From positions 24,120,001 to 24,184,000 of the forward strand of contig OZ076409.1 of assembly GCA_964187785.1 (NCBI GenBank): a DNA stretch of 64,000 nt, written 5' to 3'. Under the pieces are notes generated by a model that saw only the letters and a program-made list of their open reading frames with translations, searched no databases and had not been told where the DNA came from. A program made the position numbers and the translations under genes. Shown piece by piece: positions 26,601-38,600 of this stretch (position 1 is its first letter; each line of letters begins with the position of its first letter). Source of the DNA: Amphiscolops sp. MND2022. Its lineage: Eukaryota.

Positions 26601-29600
26601 CCCTGCTCAGAGTTTACACGTCACGCAGGATGTTTGACTGGGATGAGCACATAGACGGAGTCTTGGGTGCCTACAATTCGACCAGACATGCAACAACAGG
26701 ATTTTCCCCGTACATGCTCCAACATGGCGCGGAAAAGTCCATTCCGCTCTCATTCATATACCCAGAATTCGCAGCACGAGAATTCGAATCCAAAGAAGAA
26801 TTCGTAGAGCACCTACTTGCTAGACAACAAGAAATCCACGAGCTTGTCCGCCGAAATACTCATCAAGCGCAAGTAAGACAAAAACAGAAGTTCGACAGAC
26901 ATTTGAAGGCAAAAGCTCATGCCGTGGGTGATGCCGTTTGGGTTTTTTGCCATATAATTCCCAAGGGTGGTACCCGCAAACTTCTGCGTGCCTGGCGTGG
27001 ACCTCACAAGGTCACGGATGTGTTGCAAGATGGAAGATTATATGTGCTAGATACAGGTCAAAAAGTTCATTCCGTGCGTCTGAAGAAGCATGTGCCAGCA
27101 CCATGGGATTGGGCAGCACATCAACCCTTTGGGTTGGACCAGAATGTCGCCATCATTGCAGATCCGTACGTGGAAGAGAGCAATGAGGAGATAACGTCAG
27201 ACATATCCCGTGACTCATTCCTTCCAGAACAGCTGCCGGAAGCATTGTTCGAAATGGAACCAACCGCGCCTGTCCCACCGCGCACGATCCAGACGCGCAC
27301 TCAATCTGCTTTGGAACAAGGAATCCCACGTAGACGATTTAGTCACTTCGGATATCCGTCTGAATCTGACTCTGACCGAGAATCCATGAATCAACCCATT
27401 GAAGAAGAACAACAACCAGTTGTTTATCCCGAACTCGATGACTTGGAACCGCTATACTCATACCAAGAAGAAGTCTTGCCAAAACCACTACCAAGTCTGA
27501 TACCCTCACCATCAGGAACGTCCGCACCATTACTATCGAACCCAGCTTTAACCGACACATTGAGCAATTTCCCACTGTTCAGTTCTCGAGCTGCTAGCTC
27601 GGTAGGACTAGAACTTGCCGAAGAAGTTGAACCCCAAGAAGGAACTGACAAGGAAATACAAGAACCCAAGCAAAGTATGGAAGCATTACCCCCATCAGGA
27701 AGAATCGCAAATAGAAGAGGAAGACCAAGAGGCAGACCTCAAGGTCGTAGAAGAGGAAGTGTCACTTCATCAAGTCAAGCCCTTACAAGAACTAGCAGAC
27801 CATATACCAGATCAAGAGGCCGAGAAAGAATCAGAGCTCAGTCTAGAACCTTGGAACGTGCAATGACACTACCCAACATTGCGGAAAGCACGTCACCAGA
27901 GCAATGACAAGCGGAACAATTAAACCCCCCAAGAGCCGCACCTTATCAGCTACGACGCAATAGAGTACCTAGATACAGGTGTGGAACCTGTGGTTCCCGT
28001 AACTGCAGCTGTGTCAACCTAATCAAAGGGAGACCACCGGACCAACGATTGGCCCGGGGAGAGGACGCCTCTGCCCCTGCCTTGGCTGACACCGAGACGT
28101 TCGAGGACCATGCACAACACACTATCCGGTCCATACAAGCTGAGGATCAGGATATTCCACGAGTACTCCATATCGTAATAACAATAGAAAAGACCTACTC
28201 GAGCGTCGTACCAGGAGTGATCCCTCCGATGGAAACCACACTCAAAGCCATGCAAGGAACGTCACCCTCAGACTGTCCCACCTATCGGTTCAAGGAGTGG
28301 ACGTGGCACGAAAGGAGTGGGCTAGAATTCACGTTAGCCGCTATCATTCCCCCACTCCCACCATCGATGGTGTTTGGAAAAATAGAACCAACAGACACGA
28401 AAGTAGCAATGGTACGCTGTATCACCGCGCAGAAGCTATGGCAACAATACGGTGTGACTTCACCTCCTGGAGATGTGTATCATCCAACGACAGGATGGTG
28501 GCTACTAGTCACTTCTCTGGACGAGACATCCCCAGTGACTCCAGGAACACTATTGATCTGCTTAGAGAACTTGCGCACACTAGTGGAGTTCGATGACACA
28601 CTTTGTTTCCACCTAGCAGACATCTATCGCGGAAAATTCCTTAGTCAACATTGGTTGCAGCTACTAGCTATCACTTTCTGTCGACAAGCCAGAATACGTC
28701 TATTGGACAAATACACCTATACGTTCGAGAACCCAGTGACTGTGCTTGAAGCACTTTCCGTAGTTCATGATTGGTCTTGCACGAATTTGGGAGACAGACC
28801 CTTCCGCAGGACAGTATGGCAAGACCGAAAAGCCATTTTAGATCATCTCACGCCAAGACAAGACAATCAAAGCACTGTCACGGGAAAACTGCTGACGACC
28901 CACCCCAAATTCAAACCGAACTACCTGTCATGGATTTCCTACGAAGAAACCGACATTCTTCAAGCCCGTGGTACCGTGGCGATATGCTGTCCAGCAGATT
29001 TGCTCTCATATTCAGCAATGGCACGTTACGTCATCCGAGAATATGGTCAGGAGGAAATTTTCCGACTACGACCAACTGTGGGAAAAGCAATACGCCTAGC
29101 TAGATCACCAAATGCGCCGTGGAATAACGAAATGTTTCTAATATTCACAAGAGCCTCTAACAAGCATCCTATTCTACATGATGTGCTACATCTGTGCCTG
29201 ACTGACCTGGTACAGAAGCTTACACGAGCACAAATTACCCGAATCCACCTTCCTATCCATGATCCTGAAAGGTCAATCAACTTGCTACCAGCTTGGTATT
29301 CAATGTTGAGAGATCATTTCATCGACTCGAACATCGACATAGTTCTCCATGATAGGGTGTACGTGTCAATTGCATCTGTGAGAACATACCCTAATCAAGT
29401 CAAGCACAAGCTAGACTAAATCGCAGTGGCACCAAAAGATAGCCACTTGAAAGGCTATTTGCCTTCCTTTTTAACCTACATTTTATTTTAACCAATGTTG
29501 GAAACTAATTTTAATGAAGACCGCTGAATCTGTCTTTGTTAAGTGTTTTTACTAGGTCAATTGTATACCGTGTATTCCTTCTTGCGTTCATGTGAAAAAA

Positions 29601-32600
29601 TCTTTTTAGCCTAAATCAATGCTGGTTGTTTTTCAGTTCAGTCCTGCCTGTTCGCCAGCACGCGACACCACCAGCAATACTACTAATAATTTGCAGTTTG
29701 TAAACAACCACACTCCATTAAAGGTGCTACCATTTTCTCTGATGGATCAATCATCCCGAAGCCGACTTCCATGTCCACCCAGGCCAGTATCTTCCTCGTC
29801 CTCGCTGACTGTCGCAGAGCCCCAAACTCGAACCGACCAGCTTGGTCTCACCCAGACGAACGCTCAACTAGACGTCTCGCCAACACTAGCCACCGGATTA
29901 GCTATGCTGACCGCTCAACTGCAGACTCTGCAAACACACCCGGACTTCACGCTGTCCATCTCCATTGGAATTGGCTCATACTGCCGCACAGCCAAACTCC
30001 ACAATGGAACATGGCAGGGCCATGACCTCACTCATCACTTCGATGACCATAGATCAAGTCTGCCATACAATGAACCTAATTGGCCCTCCATGGAGCAACA
30101 GCAAGTGCGACCAAATCCATCGCAAATATCCGTAGCGACACCAATCACTGCTCCCGAAAGTGCCATAGACAATCTGCCAACTCAACCAACAGCTACACAG
30201 CAATTTGTCTGTATTCTACCCACGACGCCATCACCAATGCTATCGTCGCCATTGGTTCGACCACCATCAAGCTCAATCAGTGTTAGACGCTTAGAGGACA
30301 CCAACACTGGACTCATGCTCCCTTCACCTTTCAGGGGGGAAGGGGTAGAAGAAGCAAAGGAAGCGCGCACGAATGCACAGAATACCGACAACACCACCGA
30401 AAATACAAGGATGAGCCAGAAACCGAGAGTCATAACGATGCGAAATCCATTCGACGTACCCATTATGACAGAGGTGATCGGGTCTCTAGACTCATATGAC
30501 GCCTTATTACCCTCAACGTCGTCGGACCCTCAACACCTAATAGGTTTCCAAGCCGATCCTGACTTGCACGAACAACAAAAGGAGCAAGAGAAAGCAGAGA
30601 GACAAACAGCCAAGGTCCCCATCGACCTCCGAGATGTGCTAAACAAAAAGGAGCAGAACAAGATCGAGCAACTGGCCCAAAAGAAAAGAGCCAGAGATTT
30701 GGCCAATGCAGATGCAACAAACTCAAGCCCGAATCCCTCTCCCATACAACAGCCGGAGGCTAGAAGAGTGCGATTTTCTGATGAACTCTTGTCGCAGACA
30801 GAGGCACAGCAGTACGACATTACTGCAAGAGACGCGGTGCGTCTGCAGAGAGAAGTCAAGTCAGGAAATCCAGACTCAGATTTGGACGTGCAAAAATTCG
30901 ATACCGCCACCAGCAAAGGCAATCCAGAGGATGTGAAGAACCTAGAAAAAGCATCGAATGGAATGCACTACTTGAGACCCGTGAAAAAGCCAACACTCTT
31001 GTTAGACCGCATTCCTCCATGGTTCGAGAGAGTGAGAGAAGGTCTTCACAAAGACAAATCGTCACTCGTAAAGCCACTACCGTCAAAGGTAAAACTGTCA
31101 GTACAACGACCAGCAAGATATGACGACCAACTGCTGAAAAGCAGAGATTTCATGAGGGACGTGACAACATTGCTCCCCATGGGCAAAGAAATGTTACAGA
31201 AGACAAGGATTGCCCTGCTCATGGATTCAACGATGAAGGCAACGGCGAATATGAACAACACCCTGATGGATGTTCGCGTGATGAACCTGCCCTGCACGTC
31301 GTTAGAAGAAATGACCGAGGTGACCTGCAAGGTCTTTGGTCCCGCCGTAAACCACACAGAAACCATTTCTTTTCCTCCACTCTTAATTTACAGCAACGTG
31401 ATTGATCACTTAGCCTTTCGAGCAACATTGAAGTATTTCGAAGGAGGCAACCACAGATTGACAGAGGAATTGATGACCGGCGAAGTAGCTGCATATGTTG
31501 AAGCAATGAGGACCGTAATCAGACATGTCCAGAAAAAGAAACCTACTATAGGTGTGATCTTTGTATCACCCCCTGGATATGTACTACTACCAAAGCCACT
31601 TCAACAATTTCTGTATCTAGTTTCGGAAGCAGCGTACGCCCAGAACCTGTACTTTCATATCGTAGCCCCAAACCTGAGAATTAGCGCCTTGACCTGGCGT
31701 CCCTGCGAGAACTCTTACCCTGCATTCTTGGCAGAAATCTCGAAAGCCGTGCAAGCCTACACAGGATATCAGGAAAACTCTCAATTGTTAGCCGATGATG
31801 CAACAGCCTTCGACTTTGGTATGCAAATGGCACACCGAACCTTTGACGAGAACGGAGTACGCCAAGTCAAAGGACCAAATGAAAAGGAAAAGTCAAACAT
31901 GATCGATAACGGATGGTTTGAAAAGAGAGATGAGTCGACCCTAGATGAAAAGACACACGACGCGAAGTTCCACAAAGAGCTGGTAGCTCTCTTCAAGAGA
32001 ACCGAAGAGATTAAGCAGGCTAGAACTAACGCAACAGTCTTCCCAGTCGCAACACAAGCCGTTGACTCTAAACCCAGCATGGTCTCTCCAACCCTGGTGC
32101 TGATAACAGTACTAGCCCGAAAAATAGCACGAGAAAATCGTACCAACCCAGAGCATTCTTATCAGTCTTGGCATGAGAAGCTGCAAGAAACTCTAGCAGA
32201 AGTAGCTGAACGCCATGGAATTCCCTTTCCTATTTTTCTTTATAATATATCACCGTTTTGGGTACCTACAATGGTGCAAAGTGAAAGCAGCCTGGACGAG
32301 CAGCAAATCAAATTGTACGTAGAAGCAATGCAGAGGGCCACAATTAGCGAGATTCTGGCCTACTTAATGGCCGTTGGCCTAGGCTCCTTCTACAAAGGCC
32401 CAGTACACTTGGTGCACAAACTGATTCTAGAGAAAGCCAACACCTACTTATTTAGTTTCCTGATATTCGCAAAGAACCAGAGAAATTGGGTCAGTGCCAC
32501 CCTGAATACGTTGGATCCTGCAGGCGCTTTGAAATTGCGCGCCCAACTTGCCGAGAACATAGAGACGATGTTAACTTGGGTCTACTCAACTTGGGTCAAT

Positions 32601-35600
32601 GTCTCGGGTGTGATGAGCACCTTGGATGATTCATCGAGTCAAAATCGCAATAATAAAAACCTGCCAGGTTTTCTCTTCCCGTCACAGGTAGCTAGCTTAA
32701 TGCTAGTAGAAACGGAAGACCTAGTCCCTGTGATTGCCCCCATAGTCTGGCCCATATTTGGCTCCATGATGGCGCTGCGTTATCCAACACAGCCACTCAG
32801 AGTTGCTGCCAGCACACCCACATTGTCGATCCTACACTTCGTGGATCCTGAGGATGATACCAGGCTACCAGACCTCCACACGCTTGTGCGCAGCTTCGTA
32901 AACTTCCGACCCCCAATGGCGTACACAGTCATCAAAGACCGAAAACAAGTTGAACACAACTTTGTTACCCTGATCCGAGCCAGAGCGCGGTGCGCTGTAC
33001 CTATGTCACTAGCATTCCACCCGGTGGAATGGCTACACGTACCTATAAAGCCCAACACAGGAACCGTGCAGGACTTTACCAGCTGGGATGAGCCAGGAAT
33101 CCTGAGAGCACTATCCGACGCCATACAACGACTAGGTGGAAGAAGGAAAGGCTCAACATTGGAGCAACTTCGACATAGAACTGTCAGAGACACGTCACGA
33201 ATGTATAATCCCAGAACAGAACCCCAGCCTGACACCGCTACGATCCTATCTAGCACCACGTGCTGGGCAAACCCTCCAATGATTGATTGTACAGTTCACA
33301 AAAACTATCAAACCTTAAAGGCAATCACACCGAAGATCGCCAAAGAACCTAGTCGCAAGATACTACCCATCAGCGACGAGGTGCCAAAAAATCCAAAAAT
33401 GGCAATGGAAATATTCATGAACCTAATAGCCAAGCAGAAAGAAGAAGGCAATTCAGTTTATGCTAGTTACTTGATTGCAATACAAACCTACAGAGAGATG
33501 TTTATGAAATACGGACATCTAGACCTCGCAGATCAGCTGCCAAAATTACGCCCAGCGGGCTCGACCACAGAACAGGCAGCGAGACACGAGGAGGTTTCTG
33601 CCGGTGGCAGCACGACTTCGGCAGTATCTACCACGAGTTCAGTCAACACCGTGCAGACTGCAGCAGCAACTACGACAAACATATCGACCAGCAATGCCAA
33701 CCAGATTACCCAGATGACCGACAACATCACTATCACTCAATCTGACGATACTACACAGCTACAAAACAATCTGGAAGATAGACATGGATTCCTCTCTCAA
33801 ATACAAGCAGCAGATATCGAACTGGAATTGAATGAACTCCCTAGTCTCGACCAACAAGATTTACCACAATCGGACGTGTTAACTGCATCATTGAACGAAG
33901 TACTGCAAGAACAGGATGTTGCAATGAATCAAGCTGGCCACGAATAGAAAGAAATACGGAACTCAATGAATCAAACTAAATCAAACCGACCAAGACAACT
34001 CTTACCCTAGTGCAATCTCTAAAATTATGTACTATTTTAGTATGAACCAAGCTAAAATCAAAATGAAGCAACTACTTGTAACTACCTGGTAGGTAGATTG
34101 ATCCCAGTTAGATGCCTACCCACTGTCCAATGAAGAAAGTGCAAATAAAATTTTAGTAGAAACTCTAATTCATCGACGTAGAAACTCTAAACCCAAATTC
34201 ATCGACGAGTCAACGGTTTAGTGAGTTTTATGAGAAAACTCTTCAAGTGAGTAAATTCTATGTTTTCTAAACAAGTCGAAAAGTGGTCACAGATGCAGTA
34301 ATTGCTTCACCGACCTCGGAAACTTGTTTAAACAATAGGTATTGTCCAGAACTTGAAAAGAAGGGACATTTTGAAGTTATTGAAAGTAGTGGATTTTGCA
34401 AGTGCCTTTCTCGCAGAAACAACTCAAAGACGTGCCCGCAAGTTGTCAACCAGGCCGTCGTAAAGCTTGGTAAGTGATTTTGTTATCATAACTTGCAGAC
34501 GTAAAATTTTGGTGCCGCGACCCGGGAAGGCACTGTGCGGGATTCGGTCATAATTTGATTTGCAAAAGAAAATAGAATGGCAGAGCCGATTGTACGCAAT
34601 TTGTGGGACCCCACATATATGACTTCAACAAAAAACGGACATGAAAGAAAGGTCTTTTTTACTGACTGCTTGAAAAATTCTTCCACAATGAAGGAGTGGA
34701 TAGAACACGAAAAACGCGTCTCAGATCTGATTTTAATTCTCAGAAACATAGACGCGGATTTCCAGGATCTCCATGCTCAGGATCCAACTGTTTGGGTTGA
34801 CGTTGGTAAGTTCTTTTTAACATACTCAACTTCAAAGGATAATTTGCCCAAAGAGTTTGAAATGTATCTCCCCATGCTGAAAAATAAGTTTCAAGGCAGC
34901 CGTAAGGAGATCTTGTACAAATTGGAGAACGAACTTGAAAATTATTTTGAGAATTGGAGCAAAAAGTCCTCATTTCTTGTGAGCGTGAGGTGGCTTCCAT
35001 CGCACCTGAAAAATGAAAATGACCTAATGAAGTATATGAAACTCTGCGATCAGTTTTATGACTCCAAACGAATAATTGAAGCAGAAAAAATTACAATCAG
35101 TAAACTAATCGAGCAAGGAGCGAGGTCGAGTCATGTGAAACTGGCTATCCAGAAACTTCAAGATAACAAAGCGATTCTAGATAAAAGTCTCGAAAGTAGA
35201 CGCAATTGTCTCAAGCCTGATGCTTTGACAACTCTATCACACGCCGAAAAAATTGTCACAGAAATGAACTCTATCGTTCAACAGGCAATGACTGACGCTC
35301 TGAACTATATTGATAGCTGCAATATAGCAGCAAATGATCCATTGGGAAACATAGAAACACCTGAAGTGTCTGGGTTTGAAAGTTCGAAGATATCAAAAGA
35401 CGATGAGAACCGTTCTCATGCCTTGGAAAAATCCAAGGCGAGTGAAACACTTGACAAAGGATTGAAATTGCTTAAAGAGGCAAATCAATCAACACTATTC
35501 CTCAAAATTAACGACCGGTTTGATAACCCATCTTTTCAACCTCAATCAGCTACTCTTGGATCCCAGAAAAGATTTTCTTTAGTAGACTACTCCCCTACAA

Positions 35601-38600
35601 GAACATTAGCTATGAGTGAGCCAGCAAAAAAGGCCGGTTCAAAGATAGGCTCCAATGCTTCGAAAATGAGCGAGCGAAGACGATTGGAGATACAAGCTGA
35701 TCTGATGGATCAAAAATTACAAATGGAAATAGAAAAAAGAGAACGTGAGTTGGAACTAGAGAAAACGCGTAGGGAAATGGAGAGAAATTTGGAACGACAA
35801 CAGATCGAGGAAAGGCTCCAAGAGTTGCACGCAGAATCGGAAATTGCTGATTTGAAGCGTAAGAAGGCTTTTGAAAGGCAGCAAATGCAATTGCAAATAG
35901 AAGAGGCTGAAGGATCAATTCGAGCTTCTTCAATATGTCCTAGCTTGATGTCTCTCACTCTGGAGGAGGACAAAAACAGTGACATTAAAAGTTGGTTAGA
36001 CCAAGGTGTTGAAGACTTAGATAAGTGCTTTTCGCAACCGAAGGAATCTAGCAGAGAAGTAGAAAATAAAGGTGAGTCAAGTAAACCGCTTCAAACATTT
36101 GACCACAAAAACCTATTATCGCGATCTCAAGGCCGAGGTACCAGTAAGTCACCACAGAGAAAAACCACTGGAATTACGTTTCCGAAAACAAACGCCCTGC
36201 TTCAGCAAGGCAATGAGAAACCGAAGCCTAACTATGACTTCGCGAAACCCTCATTCAAAATAGAAAGTGATTTTCCTTCCTTCACACCAGCAGTACCTGT
36301 ACAACAACCGGTACATTTTGTTCAATCAAGCTTACCTAAATTGAAATTATCTGAATTTCATGGAGACCCACTGGAATGGCCAGAATGGTCCAGTTTGTTC
36401 ACAGCTACCGTCCATAATGCGCCAATAGATGACAATGCAAAAATGAGTCATTTGAAAACACTTGTTAAAGGCAAGGCCAAGGCGGCTATTGCGGGTCTCG
36501 GATACTCAGGAGTCATGTATAGTGCAGCGTGGAATGCTTTGGTTACTAATTTCGGACGTCCACAAACGATTGTGAATGCCCAGATGAAGCAAATCCATTT
36601 CAGTCCGTTCATCAAGTCGCATGACTCAGCGGCTATTATAAAGTACGCACAGGTGATTACTACATGCGTTAATGTGTTGAAACAATTCGGATTCACAGGA
36701 GATTTGTATTCTGAGTCCGTCTTGAATTCAGCGTTGAGGAAGTTACCACCTGAATTGAAAACCAAGTGGTTTTTTCTTGCGAAGAGCAAAGGCTACTACC
36801 ACGCTGATCTTTGCAAATTTAGCGAATGGCTGAACGAAGTTGCTTATGTTCACGATGAAATGACAGTGCAATTCAAGTCTCAATCAGAGAAAAAAGGCTA
36901 CGCTAATACGGAGAAAGTGAAAACCTCAACATTTGCTGCTAATGAGCAGAGCAAATCAACATCTGCATCAACAAAGCAATGTCCATTGAAGGATGGCGAC
37001 CATAAAATCTGGATGTGTACGAAGTTCAAACAACAAGGTGTTAATGAGAGATACGAAACACTGAAGAAATATAAACTTTGTTTCTGTTGTCTAAATTCAC
37101 ATTTGATGAAGGACTGCAAGTCGGACAGAGTTTGTGGAGTAAATGGATGCACCAAGAAACACAACAAGCTGTTGCATTCGGATTCTCCTAGAACCGAAAA
37201 AGATAAGAAATCGGAGGAACCCTTGTCTCAAAACAGGGCCGGCGGTTCTTCAATGCTCTCAACAGGTAGCAGTGGTTTCTTACAGTTGATACCAATTTCA
37301 ATTGGAAATGAGAAACGAAGCGTTGAAACGATAGCTCTTTGTGATACTGGATCCACGGTATCATTTATGGACAAAACTTTGGTCAACCTTTTGAAGCTGA
37401 AAGGTAAAGAATCCGTGATGTCGGTAGCTGGAATTCATGGGCTATCTGACATGAAGACTGAAATTGTTACCGCCAGAATTGGTCCAAGTGAAACAGATAC
37501 TGCGGGAGAAGAACTGGCCTTCTGCAGTCACCCAAACTTGAATGTCGGTGACAAAGTCTACGATTTTACAAAATTGAAAGAAATTTATTCCTATTTGAAA
37601 AATTTGCCGGATATAAAGGTCTCGATGGCTGATGTCAAGGTCATTCTTGGTCAAGACGCGTATCACTTGATCAGACCTCTTGAATATAAGTCAGGTGATA
37701 GGAATGAACCTTGGGCGGTCAAAACTTCTTTGGGATGGACAGTGAGTGGAGCCTTACCCAAAACAGAAACAAACTGTTTGGGAGCAACGTGTAACCTCTC
37801 CGTGTCTTCGGATCCTTTAGCGGATCAAATGAAGAAATGGTGGGACATGGAGACATACGCGTCTGTGTGTGATGTCTCAGGACGTTCTAAGGAAGAAAAG
37901 AGAGCCCAGGCAATCTTGGAAAAAACTACCAAGCATAACGGCGAACGTTATGAAGTAGGACTCCTCTGGGCCGATGACAACGCTTACTTGCCGAACAACT
38001 ATTATTCTGCTTACCAACAGTTTCTGTCAATGGAGAGAAGATTAAGTAAGGATTCAGAGTTGAAAGAAGCTTACAAAGCTACCATTGAGAAAGACTGAGA
38101 AAATCATTTTGTACGGAAACTGGAACAGGAAGAAATTGTGAGTACAGAGAATGAAATGCAATGGTATTTACCTCATCATCCGGTCAAGCACCCACACAAA
38201 CCAGGCAACTTGAAGGTCAGAAGAGTTTGTAACGCAGCTTCAAAGTTTAAAGGCGTTTCTTTGAATGACAAACTTCTCAGCGGACCTGATTTGTTGCGAA
38301 ATTTGGTTGGAATTGTTTTTAGGTTTAGGGAACACCAAATAGCTATTACCGCCGATATCGAGTCCATGTTTTTGCAAGTAGCAGTTCCAAAAGAGGAATG
38401 TAAAGTACTTCGTTTCCTATGGCGTGATAGTCATGAGGACAGCATCGGAATCTTCGAGTACAACAGACACGTGTTTGGGGCAAAAAGTTCTCCAACTTGT
38501 GCGAACTACGGATTCCAACAGGGAGGAAGAGACAACAAAGTCGATTTTCCTTCAGCAGCATCGACCATAGATAGAAACTTCTACATGGACGATTTAGTGA

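Larger units (their letters stand above)
15968..34168 (+). mobile_element. Giant Ty3/Gypsy LTR retrotransposon, 3' end deleted
   Basis: Putative 5' LTR and PBS, long leader, gag-pro-RT-RH-IN in Gypsy order, accessory domains and a second large ORF; ends abruptly at a junction with a truncated BEL LTR. The left boundary is less certain than the coding part. Confidence 0.8.

Noticed and set aside
34283..34477. Small Cys-rich ORF encoded in the BEL LTR
   Set aside because: The frame is not preserved in the BEL-1 LTRs (stop codon, spacer differences of 7 and 1 nt) and the BEL-2 3' LTR has a stop in it.
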